This document shows, one piece after another, positions 14,432 through 26,562 of a stretch of 64,000 nt of DNA; positions within the stretch are counted from its first letter, which is position 1; each line of letters opens with the position of its first letter. The stretch is from Dimorphilus gyrociliatus. Lineage: Eukaryota; Animalia; Annelida. The DNA lies in NCBI GenBank assembly GCA_904063045.1, contig CAJFCJ010000005.1, positions 3,684,504 to 3,748,503 on the forward strand. Direction: 5' to 3'. A program made the position numbers and the translations under genes. Under the pieces are notes generated by a model. It was given only the letters and a program-made list of their open reading frames with translations, ran no database searches and was not told the DNA's origin.

Positions 14432-15597
14432 CGTCAGTAACGTTTTGTTCCTCTCTCCTCTGCTTAAGAAAGTTTCTTATTTTTTTTCTTTTTTGTAGGC
14501 AGGTTACACAGTATATTACTAAAGATATCAATCTGTTGAGTGCATTTGGTAGCGCACTTTACATATAGTTTTTACTATATTTTCCTTTGCGGTCAGAACT
14601 GCAACTGTGCCGCAGCATTGACTGCTCTGTATATATACTAATCCCTTCGCACACCATACCAGATTTGCAGTTTAGATCGACCTTATTCGTTTATGTTTAT
14701 GGCTCATTTTCTCCTTATATAGGGGAGGTGAAGTGAGGTGAGGCGAGATGAATACGCGACCTTTTAATATTTAGTTTTTGTTTTCTTTCATCTCTAAATC
14801 ATTTTTGGATAATTTATATGTTATATACAAAATTTAGTATATAATGTTTAATTTCTAATGTATTTATTAGGCGTCTTAACTAAACTATTACAACTTTTTT
14901 TCATTACTTTACTCAATTTTATTTATTCTTTTAATGAAAGAAATAAGTAAAGAAACCGTAGAAATAAAGAGTTTTCGTGAAAGAAATTAAAAGGAGAACC
15001 GCTTTTTTTGCGTTTTTTATTCCGTAAAAGTCCGCAGAAAAAGAGATAGAGTGAGAAGTGAGAAGTGAGAGGAAAATGAGAAAAAATAAAGTACATAGAT
15101 AAATGTTTTACCCAAGTATGACTAAATACATTTACATTTGCAAAGATGTCCCTCATTTTTATAAGGAACTTTCATCATTTCCTTATAATTCTTTTTAATA
15201 ATAAATCTAAAATGTTGCGCAGCTTGTGTAATTGAAGATATGTTTACTGTCACTCGTCGACTTGTTTTGATACTTTAGACATATTAACGTAATAATTAAG
15301 AGTTAAATAACTTTTAATTATAATATCATAACTTTGAAAGGAAAGAGAAAACGTATAAATTTGTACTCTATAAATGTTGTGGGTCTCTCTTTCCGATTGT
15401 TTAAGACTTTTTTCTTTAACGAAGGAATATTTACATAACATATAATTGATGAGGAAAGGATAGTTTAGTCATACTTTGGCATTTGATATACAATATACAG
15501 CAATATATACTAATATATATATATATATATATATATAGTAGTATACGATATAAAAACAAGACGGTAGTTCTCTTTCCAATAGCCTAAACCGTCTTCT

Positions 15598-17679
15598 TCA
15601 TTCGTCCATTTTATAAACAATTGGCTGTGTATAAATAACCCAATATAGAAAATTAAATACACCAAAAGATACTGGAAAGATTATTCGACAAGCCTTATCA
15701 AGGCCGTCGGCTGTTAACCTGTTACTAGTTTGATGTAACTTTATCCATCCAGAATGGATAGCCTTAAAAATCCTATAGCGTAAATTAATCGGTCCATTTG
15801 TTGAACAAGTACTAGGCCTATGGTGATACATTTCCCTAGCAACCATAACATGAGCTTCTTCCATATGAAGATCTTCTAGAGTTGATGCACTTGGTTTGGT
15901 AATATGCAGTTCTTGTAATTCCATATCGTCATTGGTCAAACGTCTTCTCCTTTTACCTTTTCTAGCTAGTGCATTGACGAAAGCGTATTCGATGAGTGCC
16001 AAAAAGACTAGAATCATGCAGAAAGTGTACCAAACGTCTAATGCTTTCGGATAGGACACCCTCATAGTCGATTTCGTAGCCGTCGATAATTGAGTAGTCA
16101 TAGTTAAAACTGTCGTAACCCCTAATGTTATTCTAGCTGGAACAGCTTCTTTATTCACCCAGAATGAGATCCAGGATAGGATAACTATTAATATTGATGG
16201 GATATAAGTTTGCAGAACGTAGAATCCGAATTGACGCTTAAGATGGAAAACTGCTTCTAAACAGTCAAAATTACCAGTTTTTGTCACCATATCGCATTTC
16301 TTAGTAGATGTTTTTGTTAATTCGAATTGAGGTAGCGATAATTCCTTTTGGGAAAATTCGACTGGATCTACGTCATGCCATCGTAAAGTGACGTCTTTTA
16401 AATCATAGCCGTCTACAAGATGGAACGTTTGTAGTTAATTAAATATTGAATATATGATGATAAAAGAGTGAGCCCTGAGAAGGGCTTGAAAGGAATAAAG
16501 TGAAAAGCGAATGGGCGGGTGGGAGGTGGCAAAGTATGTCTAAAGCTAGAAAGCAGTAAAAAAAGGGATAGAGAGAGAGAAAGGGAACGAAAGAGGAAGG
16601 GAAAGAGAGGAAAAAGATTAGATTAATATTTAGTATATAAATCCCTTTCTATTAACTATATTATACTATTTATTTCCCCTATTATTTTCCTACTTATTTC
16701 TCATTTTATCTAATATTTAACTATTATATTTCAATTAAGGGTATATTAGGCCTATTAATTTTAAGAATTACATATTATTTGTAAAGGTTATACTAACAGC
16801 TTGCAATCTTGACAAAACATTGCTGATGGTCCATCGGAAAATGAACCAAAACCATCGGACACGCCAATTTGAGTGTAATACTATTAAAATATTAATTACA
16901 ATTAATATTATTTTTAAAGACGGTAGATGGCTCTTACCGTGAACTATACCAAACTGTACCATTAGGATAGAGTTTAGCAACTCTATTAGGTTGAACAATA
17001 TCGTGAAAACTGCCTGTTTTCTCATTGATAAAGTACAAATCCGGTATCCATAATTTACTAATGAATTTGTGATGAAGCATCATCGGCCTCTTCTCCTTCT
17101 CGAAGACCAGCCGTTTATCGAGCCACATTTGATGAAAGTAGATGTCTAATTGAAAATCCTATGGGAATTTATGAATAAGAAGATAAAGAATGAAATTAGC
17201 GGAAGACTTAAATAGCAATAAAAAGGGGAGGGGGAGGAAAAAGAAGAAGAAGAAGAAGAAGAAGAAGAAGAAGAAGAAGCAGTGGCAGATGAAGAGAAAG
17301 AAGAATGAAAAGAAAATGAACAAAAATTATACACAACCATGTGAACTTCATCAATTGACCCAAAGCTTGCAACGTAAAAATCGCACGTTACTTCGACCGG
17401 TTCTCCTAAAAAGAATTAAGGTTTATTATAGGCCTAAAAGCTAAATACGAGATAAGAATACAAGAGAAAATCTTGTAGGGAGAAAATTTCCTCTAATACT
17501 ATTATCGTCTAGAGGGAATTGATGAATTATGTATTTACCGAATACATTCGGACGAATTTTGCTATCAGCCTTTTTCAATATGTTTTCAAGTAATATCGAC
17601 GCTTCCGATTCGTTCGTCTTTCTACAAATAGTTATAAGCAATGACCGTGAAGAATGCAAAAGTAGGATAATCCCCCCAT
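15598..17679 (-). CDS. Cys-loop ligand-gated chloride channel subunit 2 (GlyR/GluCl-like); start not resolved
   Basis: Exons give ADSKIRPNVFG|EPVEVTCDFYVASFGSIDEVHM|DFQLDIYFHQMW..LWIPDLYFINEK..YSSR|ITLKLACPMVLVHFPMDHQQC..ASY|GYDL..CDMVTKTGNFDC..PARITLGVTTVLTMTTQ..FPVSFGVFNFLYWVIY..MDE*. Confidence 0.9.
17241..17279. repeat. (GAA)13 triplet repeat in an intron of channel 2
   Basis: Direct reading. Confidence 0.9.
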
Positions 17680-19329
17680 GTATTTATAATGTTCCTATAG
17701 TATTGATTACGGCGGCCAAGAGCTGCTCATCCTCGTTTGTTTTCCCATCTATACCTTTTAGGCCTACTTTTAATATTCCTGCGGGTTTATACTCAATGAC
17801 TTTTTCCTTTCTTTCCCCCTCTCTCAGTCTCTTTTATAGCGTAATATAAACCTACATTTTAACCCAGTTCAAAAGCATATAATCATAGGCTGGACGTTGA
17901 AGAATACAGAGAGATATATATATATATAATTAAAATTTTATGAATCTAAATTGCATCAATAAATCACGGAAAAAGGAGGTAGAGCAAGAGAAATACAAGA
18001 TAGATAGCTGGAGAGAGAGAGAGAGATAGATGAATAGATACATATAGATGGAAAGAGAGAGGAAGAAGAAGAGAGAAATAGTAATATATATGTGTATCTT
18101 TATGTATACAATATTATATATGAGTGGGTATGTATGTTTGCATGCGTGCGTGCATGAGAAAATAGTAAAAAAAATGAATCCCTTTGTAATATTTACAATA
18201 AATAGTTTGTAAATTTACTTATTCAAATGTAAAGCTTTACTTAATGCAACAATCCGGCAGCAATTCTGCACTCTTGCCGTATCTATATCCATATATATGC
18301 ATTATAAAATGCATACTGATAAAATGACCCTTTTTTACTATGTTTTATTACAGTTATTTTCATAGTATAAAATCTACTCACGGAATCTTCTCATTAAAGG
18401 CATATGATATAACTTGAAAAGTAAAAAGGGCCAAAATTACCACTCTCATGATTTAATGTCTCCTCCTCCTTTCTTTCTTTTCCTACTTTCTAATCCTTCT
18501 CCTTTCCCTTCTCCTTCTCCTTCTCCTTCTTCTTCCTTTTTCTTTTTCCCTTCTTCTGCTCCGTGTTTTCTTAGTCTTTTCCCTTTATCACAAGAGTATG
18601 CTAATGAAGGCCTATAGATATCACTAAGACCAGAATAACCTATAATAAAATGCTAATTAAACAATAAGTAACTATATAATATCGAAAATTTTTGTAAAAT
18701 TACCGTTATTTTTGCAAATATTCTTTTTTTTTGCAGTGAGAATGTTTGCAGTCGCTAACGTTATAAGCGCTAAAGCGATCAATGGAGGGCAGAGTCGTAT
18801 GCCACTTTTGTGACTGGTGCGATTGATGGGATGGCTTATTTGCGCAATCGTCCCTTTCGCCTTCTATTGGATAGATTTTTTGCCCTATAGGTTTCTTATC
18901 CTAATATTTTCTCTGCATTTTATGAAATATCCTTAAACTAGTGATAAATCTCTTCCCATCTTTTCTACACCCTCTCCTAAATTCTCATTCAAAAATTTTG
19001 ATAAGTTAGTGAACTAAGTTTGCAGTTGCTTTATTGTAATTCATTAAAAATACTTTCCCTAATCCATATCAGTGATCTCTTCCCCTCAGCTATATTGTAC
19101 GTAACACACTAGCTATTCCTACTTTGAGAATTTCCCAACTTGGTTGGTACTTATCCCTTGAATTGACGGAGGATGAAAAGGATAAAAATTCCCATCAAGA
19201 TATTGTACTATGTCTTTTGTATTGTATAGTATTTGCTTGTACACATTTGCACGCTTTGTTTAGGAATAATCAATCTAATTATTGTAATTTCTTGATAAGT
19301 AACTCTTGAAATTCATCACCCTACCTATT

Positions 19330-20260
19330 AGCAACATATAAGAATAACAGACGGCGTAATCCACATATATTCTTCTTAATACCCCACTGTTACTCGTAAA
19401 AGTAACAATATAACAATAAAATCTATTCCTATTCCTTATCTACTCTGTAATTAATCTAAGTGTCCATAGCCTTCGAGCAATGTATAATTGTTTATCACTT
19501 AAAGACCAGTACCAACGATAAAAGAAAGCCAAACTAGCTTATTATAAAGAAACCCCTTGTATTCCATTTGTACAATTTTTATACATAGCTCGTATCAACA
19601 TTTTTGATATTTACAATGGAATAAGGACAAAAAAACATCGTTAAACAAAGAAAAATAAATAATAACGCCCACTAATAATGGTCGAATGGAGGAGCAACCT
19701 GATCAATGATAGCATTCATTCGAAAGATAAACAATGACCAAGAGTAACAATCCGTTCTAGACAAGATATTACTCTAGCAGGTATATTGGTAAATATATAT
19801 AGTTTCATCTCTTTCTTTCCTCTCAAAATCCTTCCGGCTTCATCCTTCTCAGCAAACATAATGTCGATAGCAATATCGAGCAAAATCATTATTAGCATCA
19901 ACAATTTGATCAACCCTGGCAGCTTTTTGGGTTATTGTAGCCATCAAGATTAAATTCCTTTACTATACGGCATCCAATACCAGCAATCTCTTCTACAATC
20001 CCTTTTTGAACATACTTCATAAATATTTAGCGGCGATTGAATAACAAACTGTCGTATCTGCAATAATAGAATTTATAAAAAAAGATTCTTTTACATGCAA
20101 TAGTATTCTAAATACATGTACTCAGTCGCTATCTATTCTGCGTAGTCTACTCACCGGTCTGTATTCAGGCCAGCTGGAAAGATACCCATGCTCAAGCTTT
20201 TGTCTCAAAATAATTAGAAATTCACCTTTTACAAGTTCAATTGAACCTTGCCTTTCACTG
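19330..20260 (-). pseudogene. Frameshifted sigma-class GST pseudogene (copy B); core homology ~19716-20200, ends approximate
   Basis: WPEYRP followed by GTGAGT donor (20154) at the GST intron position; AG at 20058. Three frames give GIGCRIVKEFNLDGYNN / KAARVDQIVDANNDF / MFAEKDEA..LGHCLSF, collinear with AIGRYLAREFNLYGSNS / EAAIVDQVVENNSDL / LFGEKDEA..LGDKISY of the intact GST at 25861-26562. Confidence 0.75.
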
Positions 20261-21360
20261 TTTGAAAGATGATACAAATTCAATATAGATAGTATTTAGT
20301 TGGAATTTAAGCATTTATACCTCTTTAAGTCGGAATATCTTTTCAATAGTGTACTTCATCAATTGACGTACTCTATATGGAATTATACACTTCTTCAACT
20401 TATATGTACTCGAAAAAATTGAGTGGTACTCACGAAAAATCATTAATTAAAATTAATCATAATTACTAGACAAGTGTATTTTTATTATCTGTAAACAATT
20501 TTTGATAAGATATAATACAAAACAAATTCCATATTTCTCTTTATTTTGAATAGAAATACAGAAAAAGTTCATCAAGTATACGAAACACGTTGTGTGAGGT
20601 AATAGCGGTGTAGATTTATTCAACTGCTGTCCTAATTTTTACAAGGAATTGAACCGCCACCCCTTTCCCCTTACTACACTCCCTCTTCCCCCTCCCCCAC
20701 CCTCACTTGCTCTCTGTCTCTCTCTCTCTCTCTATCTTTCTCGCTCTCAATCTATTTTTATTCATTTATATATTTATATAATTCCCAAACTATTCAACTT
20801 TATCCGTTTGGTTGATAGTATTTCAAAATATTGACTGTGGATTTAACAGATACAAAAATTCCCATTAAGTTACCGTATAACGGTTTTTAAGCAACGAAAA
20901 GACAATATGATGCCCAGTTAATAAAAGCAATTAAGGTAAAATCTTTATTGCTGTATTATATCAATGTATAAATGCATAAATGCAACAATAACAGGAAAAA
21001 CAAATTTGAAAGTAGATGCACTCAGTTTCTCTTTCTCTCTTCCCCACCCCCTCCCAATCTCTCTCTCTCTCTCTCTCTAGTTTTCTCTATGTAATTTATC
21101 TACATATATATCTTATTCTCTTAATGATTCCTTTTGTTTTTATCCTCTTCCTCTCTTCTAACAGCATCTGTATATACTTCAAGTATCTTAATTTGCTTGG
21201 TGGTATCCATTACTCTATTCATAAGCCTATTATTTAATTCGTCTAACGATATGTCAGTTGGTTTTTCACCGGTTACAGTTCGCTTAGCCCACTAAAAGTC
21301 AATACGGTTTGGTTGAATTATTGTTTTAATTTGTTTATTGAACCGCATTTGTTATTTTTT

Positions 21361-24300
21361 TCAACTTACTTTCAATTTACTACGGAATCCGCCTCTCTGT
21401 AGCCATCTGTCATATATACCTAATGCTTCATATTCTTCTATTAACACGTCTATGTATTCTGGATCTAAGCCCTTCTCTTGGCAGAAAGCCACGATTTCCG
21501 GCGTCAAACCATACTCTTCTTTCCCATACTGCCTTTCAGCCGTCATTCCCTTGAAAATACTTTTCGTAGCTTTTGGTTGCTTATTCTTTCTTTTATTAAT
21601 ATGATTTTCAGCCAAATTTCCTTCAATGTCAGTTTCAGATTCTTCTTTAAATTTACTAGTCAAATCCCTCGCTTCCCTGCCCCTATTCAATAATTCATCA
21701 TAACCCCATCGATATATAATGGCATTCTCAGCCTGCGATTGCGTCATATCTTCACCTTTAATCTTTGATAACTTCTCTCTTTCATCAGTCGAATCTTCCT
21801 CGTAATCCATGTCACTGTCAGTATCAAAGATGATGTATTGTCCGCAACCTTTACAGTTGTTCTTAAATGCTGTTACGCAATCGACGCAATATACCAATGC
21901 GCACTCTTTATTGTCGCATTTGAAAAATTTCTCTTGGTCGTCTAAAGGACCCTCCACACCGCAAATCGAACAAGTCTGTCCTCTCCAGTTGAGAAACTTC
22001 CAAAGAAAATCGCATTTTCCAGGGCAACATGCCATACATCTCTGTTTACAAGTAACTTTTCTCTTAACCTGTGATCCTGCACCTGATCCCATTTTTGCCG
22101 ATGTTATTAATCCAGAGTTTCCCCACACCCTACTTCTAATAATCTTGTTATATAACCAAACTGCCCTTTTCTGAGCTCTCTCTGGATAAAAATAGTCGCA
22201 GATCAGGTGTCTAAATCTTAAAAAGTAAAGAGCGTAAAAAACGAGAATAAAAACGACTAGATGTAAAAATAAGATAGTTTTTGCATTTTCATAATCGGGT
22301 TCAACTGGTTCAGATATACATTTCGTAACTTGATCCCAAAACTCCGAAGGAGTATCAGCAGTTGCTGGATATTGGGTTAATCGCTTATAAATACCAGCAA
22401 TAGCTCCTTCTCCTTCTACTTGAAGAGACAACTCTTCCTTACCCTGATCTATAAATAGTAGTAAAGAACAATATAAATAAACATATATATATATATCAAA
22501 GATGAGAAGGAAGAGGTGAATTGGTTCAAATTTAGCCTACTCTTAATAAAATCTTCAAATTCGTTATCCTTCTCCAAAGAGTAATAAATCATTTGATAAG
22601 CTTCGTAAATAAATACGTCCAAAAGTAGACAAAACGAAGAGAAGATTAATACTATAATTATCTGAACCAGACCAATTAGTCTAGAAAAGAATTCGGACCA
22701 TTTAACCCTCGGTGAAACTATTCGAAGGTTAAAAAATAAAATAGTTTGCTTCTATTATAAAAGGAAAAAAAATGTTACAAATGGACGAATAGTATCTCTT
22801 CCCCTCCGAATATTGCAACGGTAGAAGAGGCTCTACCGAAGAACTAATTTGTCTTTGCCTTTCATCAACGTCCAGCACGAAGAAAGTTATAAACTTTTGA
22901 TCGTAAAAATCCAATCTTGTATACATTTCATAATATTTTATTGAAGATATAAATAAAACAATTATGGTAAGCATGCCAAAGAATTTCGGAAACATATCAA
23001 GAACTAGAAAGAACCATTCAAAGTACTTAGAAAGAGATGCTATAAATAGAACAAAAAATTTTCTGTTTTAGAATTCTTTATCCATTTTATACGTTAAATA
23101 CAATTATAAATATTGAAATAAAATACCTCGCACTAGGTCAGCTATAACAATCATTTGTTTGTCCGATGTAAATGTATAACTATAATGATATTCCATTGTT
23201 ATGTGAAACCAAAACATTCGTACTGTTTTTTCTTTAACTTTACGAAAAGCTGTAGAGATGAGGGAAAAGAAAAATTGGTGTATCATTTAATCTTCAAGGA
23301 TCAATTTTCTTTCTACTTACGATCTTTAATGTACTCTTCTAGAAATTTACTAAATATTGACGAAGCTCCGCAAAATTGCTTAATTGCTATAGTATATGGG
23401 CATAACGTGTAGAGAATTACGGTTAGAGGGCAAAGAGGCTTATAATACCATGCAACTTCTTTACTTTATATATTAAATCAATCGACTATTTTAATTGACA
23501 ATCTTTAATAACTATTCACTTACAAACATCCTTTAATTACAGCACTTATTGACTTCATACAAACAGAATAAACTTGATCTTTTTGACAAAATTCTGTAGC
23601 CTCTTTTGTTTGTTATTTTAATTGAAAAGTTAATTTATAAATAGAAAATATATTGAATTGCCAAACTTTTATAAGTCTTAAAAATTTTATCCCGGAAACG
23701 ACGCATTTGTTGTAGAATTTCGGCAAATGCTTTTTCCAGAGTCTGAGATCGAATCGATATAGATGAGAGTTGTTTACATATTTCTACCAACTGAGAAGCA
23801 AACTCTAACGATATTGTTAAACTTTTGAATATATTCAAAAAATCTTAAAAAATTACTAACGTCCAGTCGGTCGTGATACTTTTTGTTGAGCATTATTCAA
23901 CTCTTCTCCCGTTACTTTTTTTATACATGCTAACGACTGTCCACCCCTTTTTATGTTGTTCGAACAATTTAATATTGGACCACCAATTACCAATGCTATT
24001 ATATATGCCAGAAGCCAAGTTTTTATAGCGTCTAAAAATAAACGACATCATATGAGATATGCATAAATTTTTAACAATATCTATTACTCGATGTTAAATT
24101 TGGTATGCAAAGAACTGCTAGACACCTTCCTTTCCTAGTAAATCCGATAAGTGTACTCAGAACTAAGCCAAGAATAGCAGCGTTCCACGTCAATACTCTC
24201 CTTAGTTCAGGATACTATTTTTTTTATATATATGAACGTCTGAATGATTGAGAAAAAACAAATCCATCTACTGGAACTAATGAGGGTTACCTGTGATATT

Positions 24301-24722
24301 CTACTCTCGAACCAGAGATAAGATAGACCTACACCAACAGTCCAGCCTATGAAACATACCAGTAAAGAATTCTCTAAAGTCCCTTTAGTTCTTAATCTAC
24401 CCCATAGACTCTTAGGCGTTTTCTTTTCTCTATATAAAGCTATTTTATGTTCCTTATAAGTAAACGGACAAGGCAGTATATATTCAATGATTGATATAAT
24501 TAATCCCACACAAATGTTCTTTACGCTGTTAAAAGGAATTGTTTGGTTATTTTATCTTCTTTTAAAAAAGGACCAAAGAATAGAAAAGGAAATTAGGAGT
24601 TTGAAAAAGTCTCACTTTCCCGGGGTAGGTGCTAGATTGGATCTTTGTCTAACGCAATTCTCTCTTAAGTTACCAAATGAATTAGCTAAATCATCGTAAT
24701 CCTTTCTATCTCCTCGACCCAT
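21361..24722 (-). CDS. DCST2: DC-STAMP domain protein, DCST2/SPE-42-like, multi-exon; ATG tentatively 24722
   Basis: Multiple TM exons, RHLICDYFYPERAQKRAVWLYNKI motif, C-terminal C4C4 RING-like CSICG..C..C..YCVDC..CKGC followed by acidic DMDYEEDSTDE, as in DCST2. Confidence 0.82.
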
Positions 24723-24909
24723 TTCGTCTTCAACTAAAACCTTTTCTATTCAATCGTTTGTTTGGGGAGAACGTTATGACGTTACGAAGATTTAGCGATA
24801 CGTTATTTGTATTTTGAACAATTATCTTATGCAACAATGCATTTTGAACCACATTATTATACACTTGCTCACAAAATGTTCAAGTCTCCCAATTGTTATA
24901 AGAGAAATA

Positions 24910-25100
24910 GAATTCAGTTGTTGAATGGAAAGTTCTCCATTTAGTAATACCTGGAAACTTTGCTGTTCGATTGTAAAAATCTTTTAGCTGCACTCGGTTT
25001 AAATTCAGGCCTATCCGGAACCTCATATCCATATCTCTTATCTTCAAGTCAGCTTAAACATGTAACTGATACCTTCTCCTCTACCACGTCCATCAAAGTA
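24910..25100 (-). pseudogene. Internally deleted sigma-class GST pseudogene (copy A)
   Basis: 25066-25100 matches 26507-26541 of the intact GST at 34/35 nt (YFDGRGRGEGI). A frameshift follows, then EDKRY..PEFKP, then after only GTGCAG a C-terminal-like LKDFYNRTAKFPGITKW..EF. No ATG, and most of exon 2 is missing. Confidence 0.85.
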
Positions 25101-25860
25101 GTTTGGACGTTGGTCTAGACTAAAGATAATGTTAAGTTAAATTTTTGTACGTTATTTTTATCAATTAAACGAAAGTCTTGAATTTCGCAATTGATAGGCT
25201 AAATTTGATATCATTCACCTAAATGTCCCAATGAAAAAATTGCAAATTAATATAGACATACTGAAAAAAACACTGTAGGATAGGTTTTTATTCTTTTATA
25301 TGCTAAACATTTAAACTTTTTGGCCTAATTTATAGGCTTAAGAAAGAAAAGACCTTGTAATTCATATATATATGTAAAAAAAAAAAGAATGTTCTATCAT
25401 TTCGAATAATAGAATTTAATTTATAAAAATAGATAATAATTCAATTATTATGTATAAATTGTAAATTATATTATGTGTCTCTTTATTATAGTTCTCTATT
25501 GTTATTATTATCCTTTAGAGATTGTCTGTTTTATTGATAATTATTTTGAATTTTACAAAAGTAATACCGTTAAAATGGCGAATAGTTTACTTTACGAGAT
25601 ACTCTAATCTATTCGTAGAAATGTAAAATTATTGCTGTCTTTTTTATATTCATTGACAAAGTACTTAAAAGTATTAGATGAGGACAAAGTATTAAAGTAT
25701 GTCTTTCCTTGAAAAGTATCGGAAGTTTTAATGATACTTAACGCTTTTACAGAATATAAATCATTTGAAAATTCAAAATAATATTTCATGTATAAAGTTG
25801 TTTCTTGTATTCGTTTAATTTGATCAGACATCTCATATTTTAGATATTCAAAATATTTAT

Positions 25861-26562
25861 TTAGAACGAATTTTGAGGGCGTACTTTAATCCATTCGGCA
25901 ACAGCCGGATAACTTGCAACTCGGTCGTACAATTTTTTCAGATTTGGAACTTCTTCCAACGCTTTCAACATTTCGGGGGTACCTTCTCCTTTTAGTATAA
26001 TAAATTCCAGACCAGTGAAGAATACTACATCGGCGTATGATATTTTGTCGCCAAGGAAATAATCTTTATCTCCCAAAAACTTTCCAAGATGGTTTAATTG
26101 TACGCCAATAGTTTCAAAATAGCTGGCCTTTAGTTCCGCTTTTGTTGCTTCATCTTTCTCCCCAAATAGCCAAGGTATAGATGGAGTGATCAAATCACTA
26201 TTATTTTCAACAACTTGATCAACTATGGCGGCTTCAAGGCTATTTGAACCATATAGATTGAACTCCCTGGCAAGATAACGTCCAATTGCATGAGTTTGAG
26301 CGATTACAACGTCATCAACAGTCAATACAGGTAGTTGACCAAAGGGAGTTTCTACAAAACATTAAAAAGGCAATATTTCCACGTTAGTAAAGATACATTA
26401 ATATAAATATATCATATATTGATTCTTACTTGGCTTATATTCAGGCCAATCACTGAAGGTATACCTCTTGTCCTCAAATTCCTTTCCAGCTATTTTGAAC
26501 AGTAGTCTGATACCTTCTCCTCTACCACGACCATCAAAGTAATGCAAAGTATATTTCGGCAT
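25861..26562 (-). CDS. Sigma-class glutathione S-transferase; exons 26562-26430 and 26351-25861
   Basis: MPKYTLHYFDGRGRGEGIRLLF..DWPEYKP|KTPFGQLPVL..AQTHAIGRYLAREFNLYG..LGDKISYADV..RPQNSF*; canonical GT-AG phase-1 intron. Confidence 0.95.

Noticed and set aside
20155-20260. SH3-like reading (SIELVKGEFLIILRQK) suggesting a FUT8-type fragment
   Set aside because: The collinear downstream homology and intron position fit a GST pseudogene far better.
25604-25831. 75-aa ORF just after the GST stop
   Set aside because: AT-rich, no recognisable motif; probably 3' UTR.
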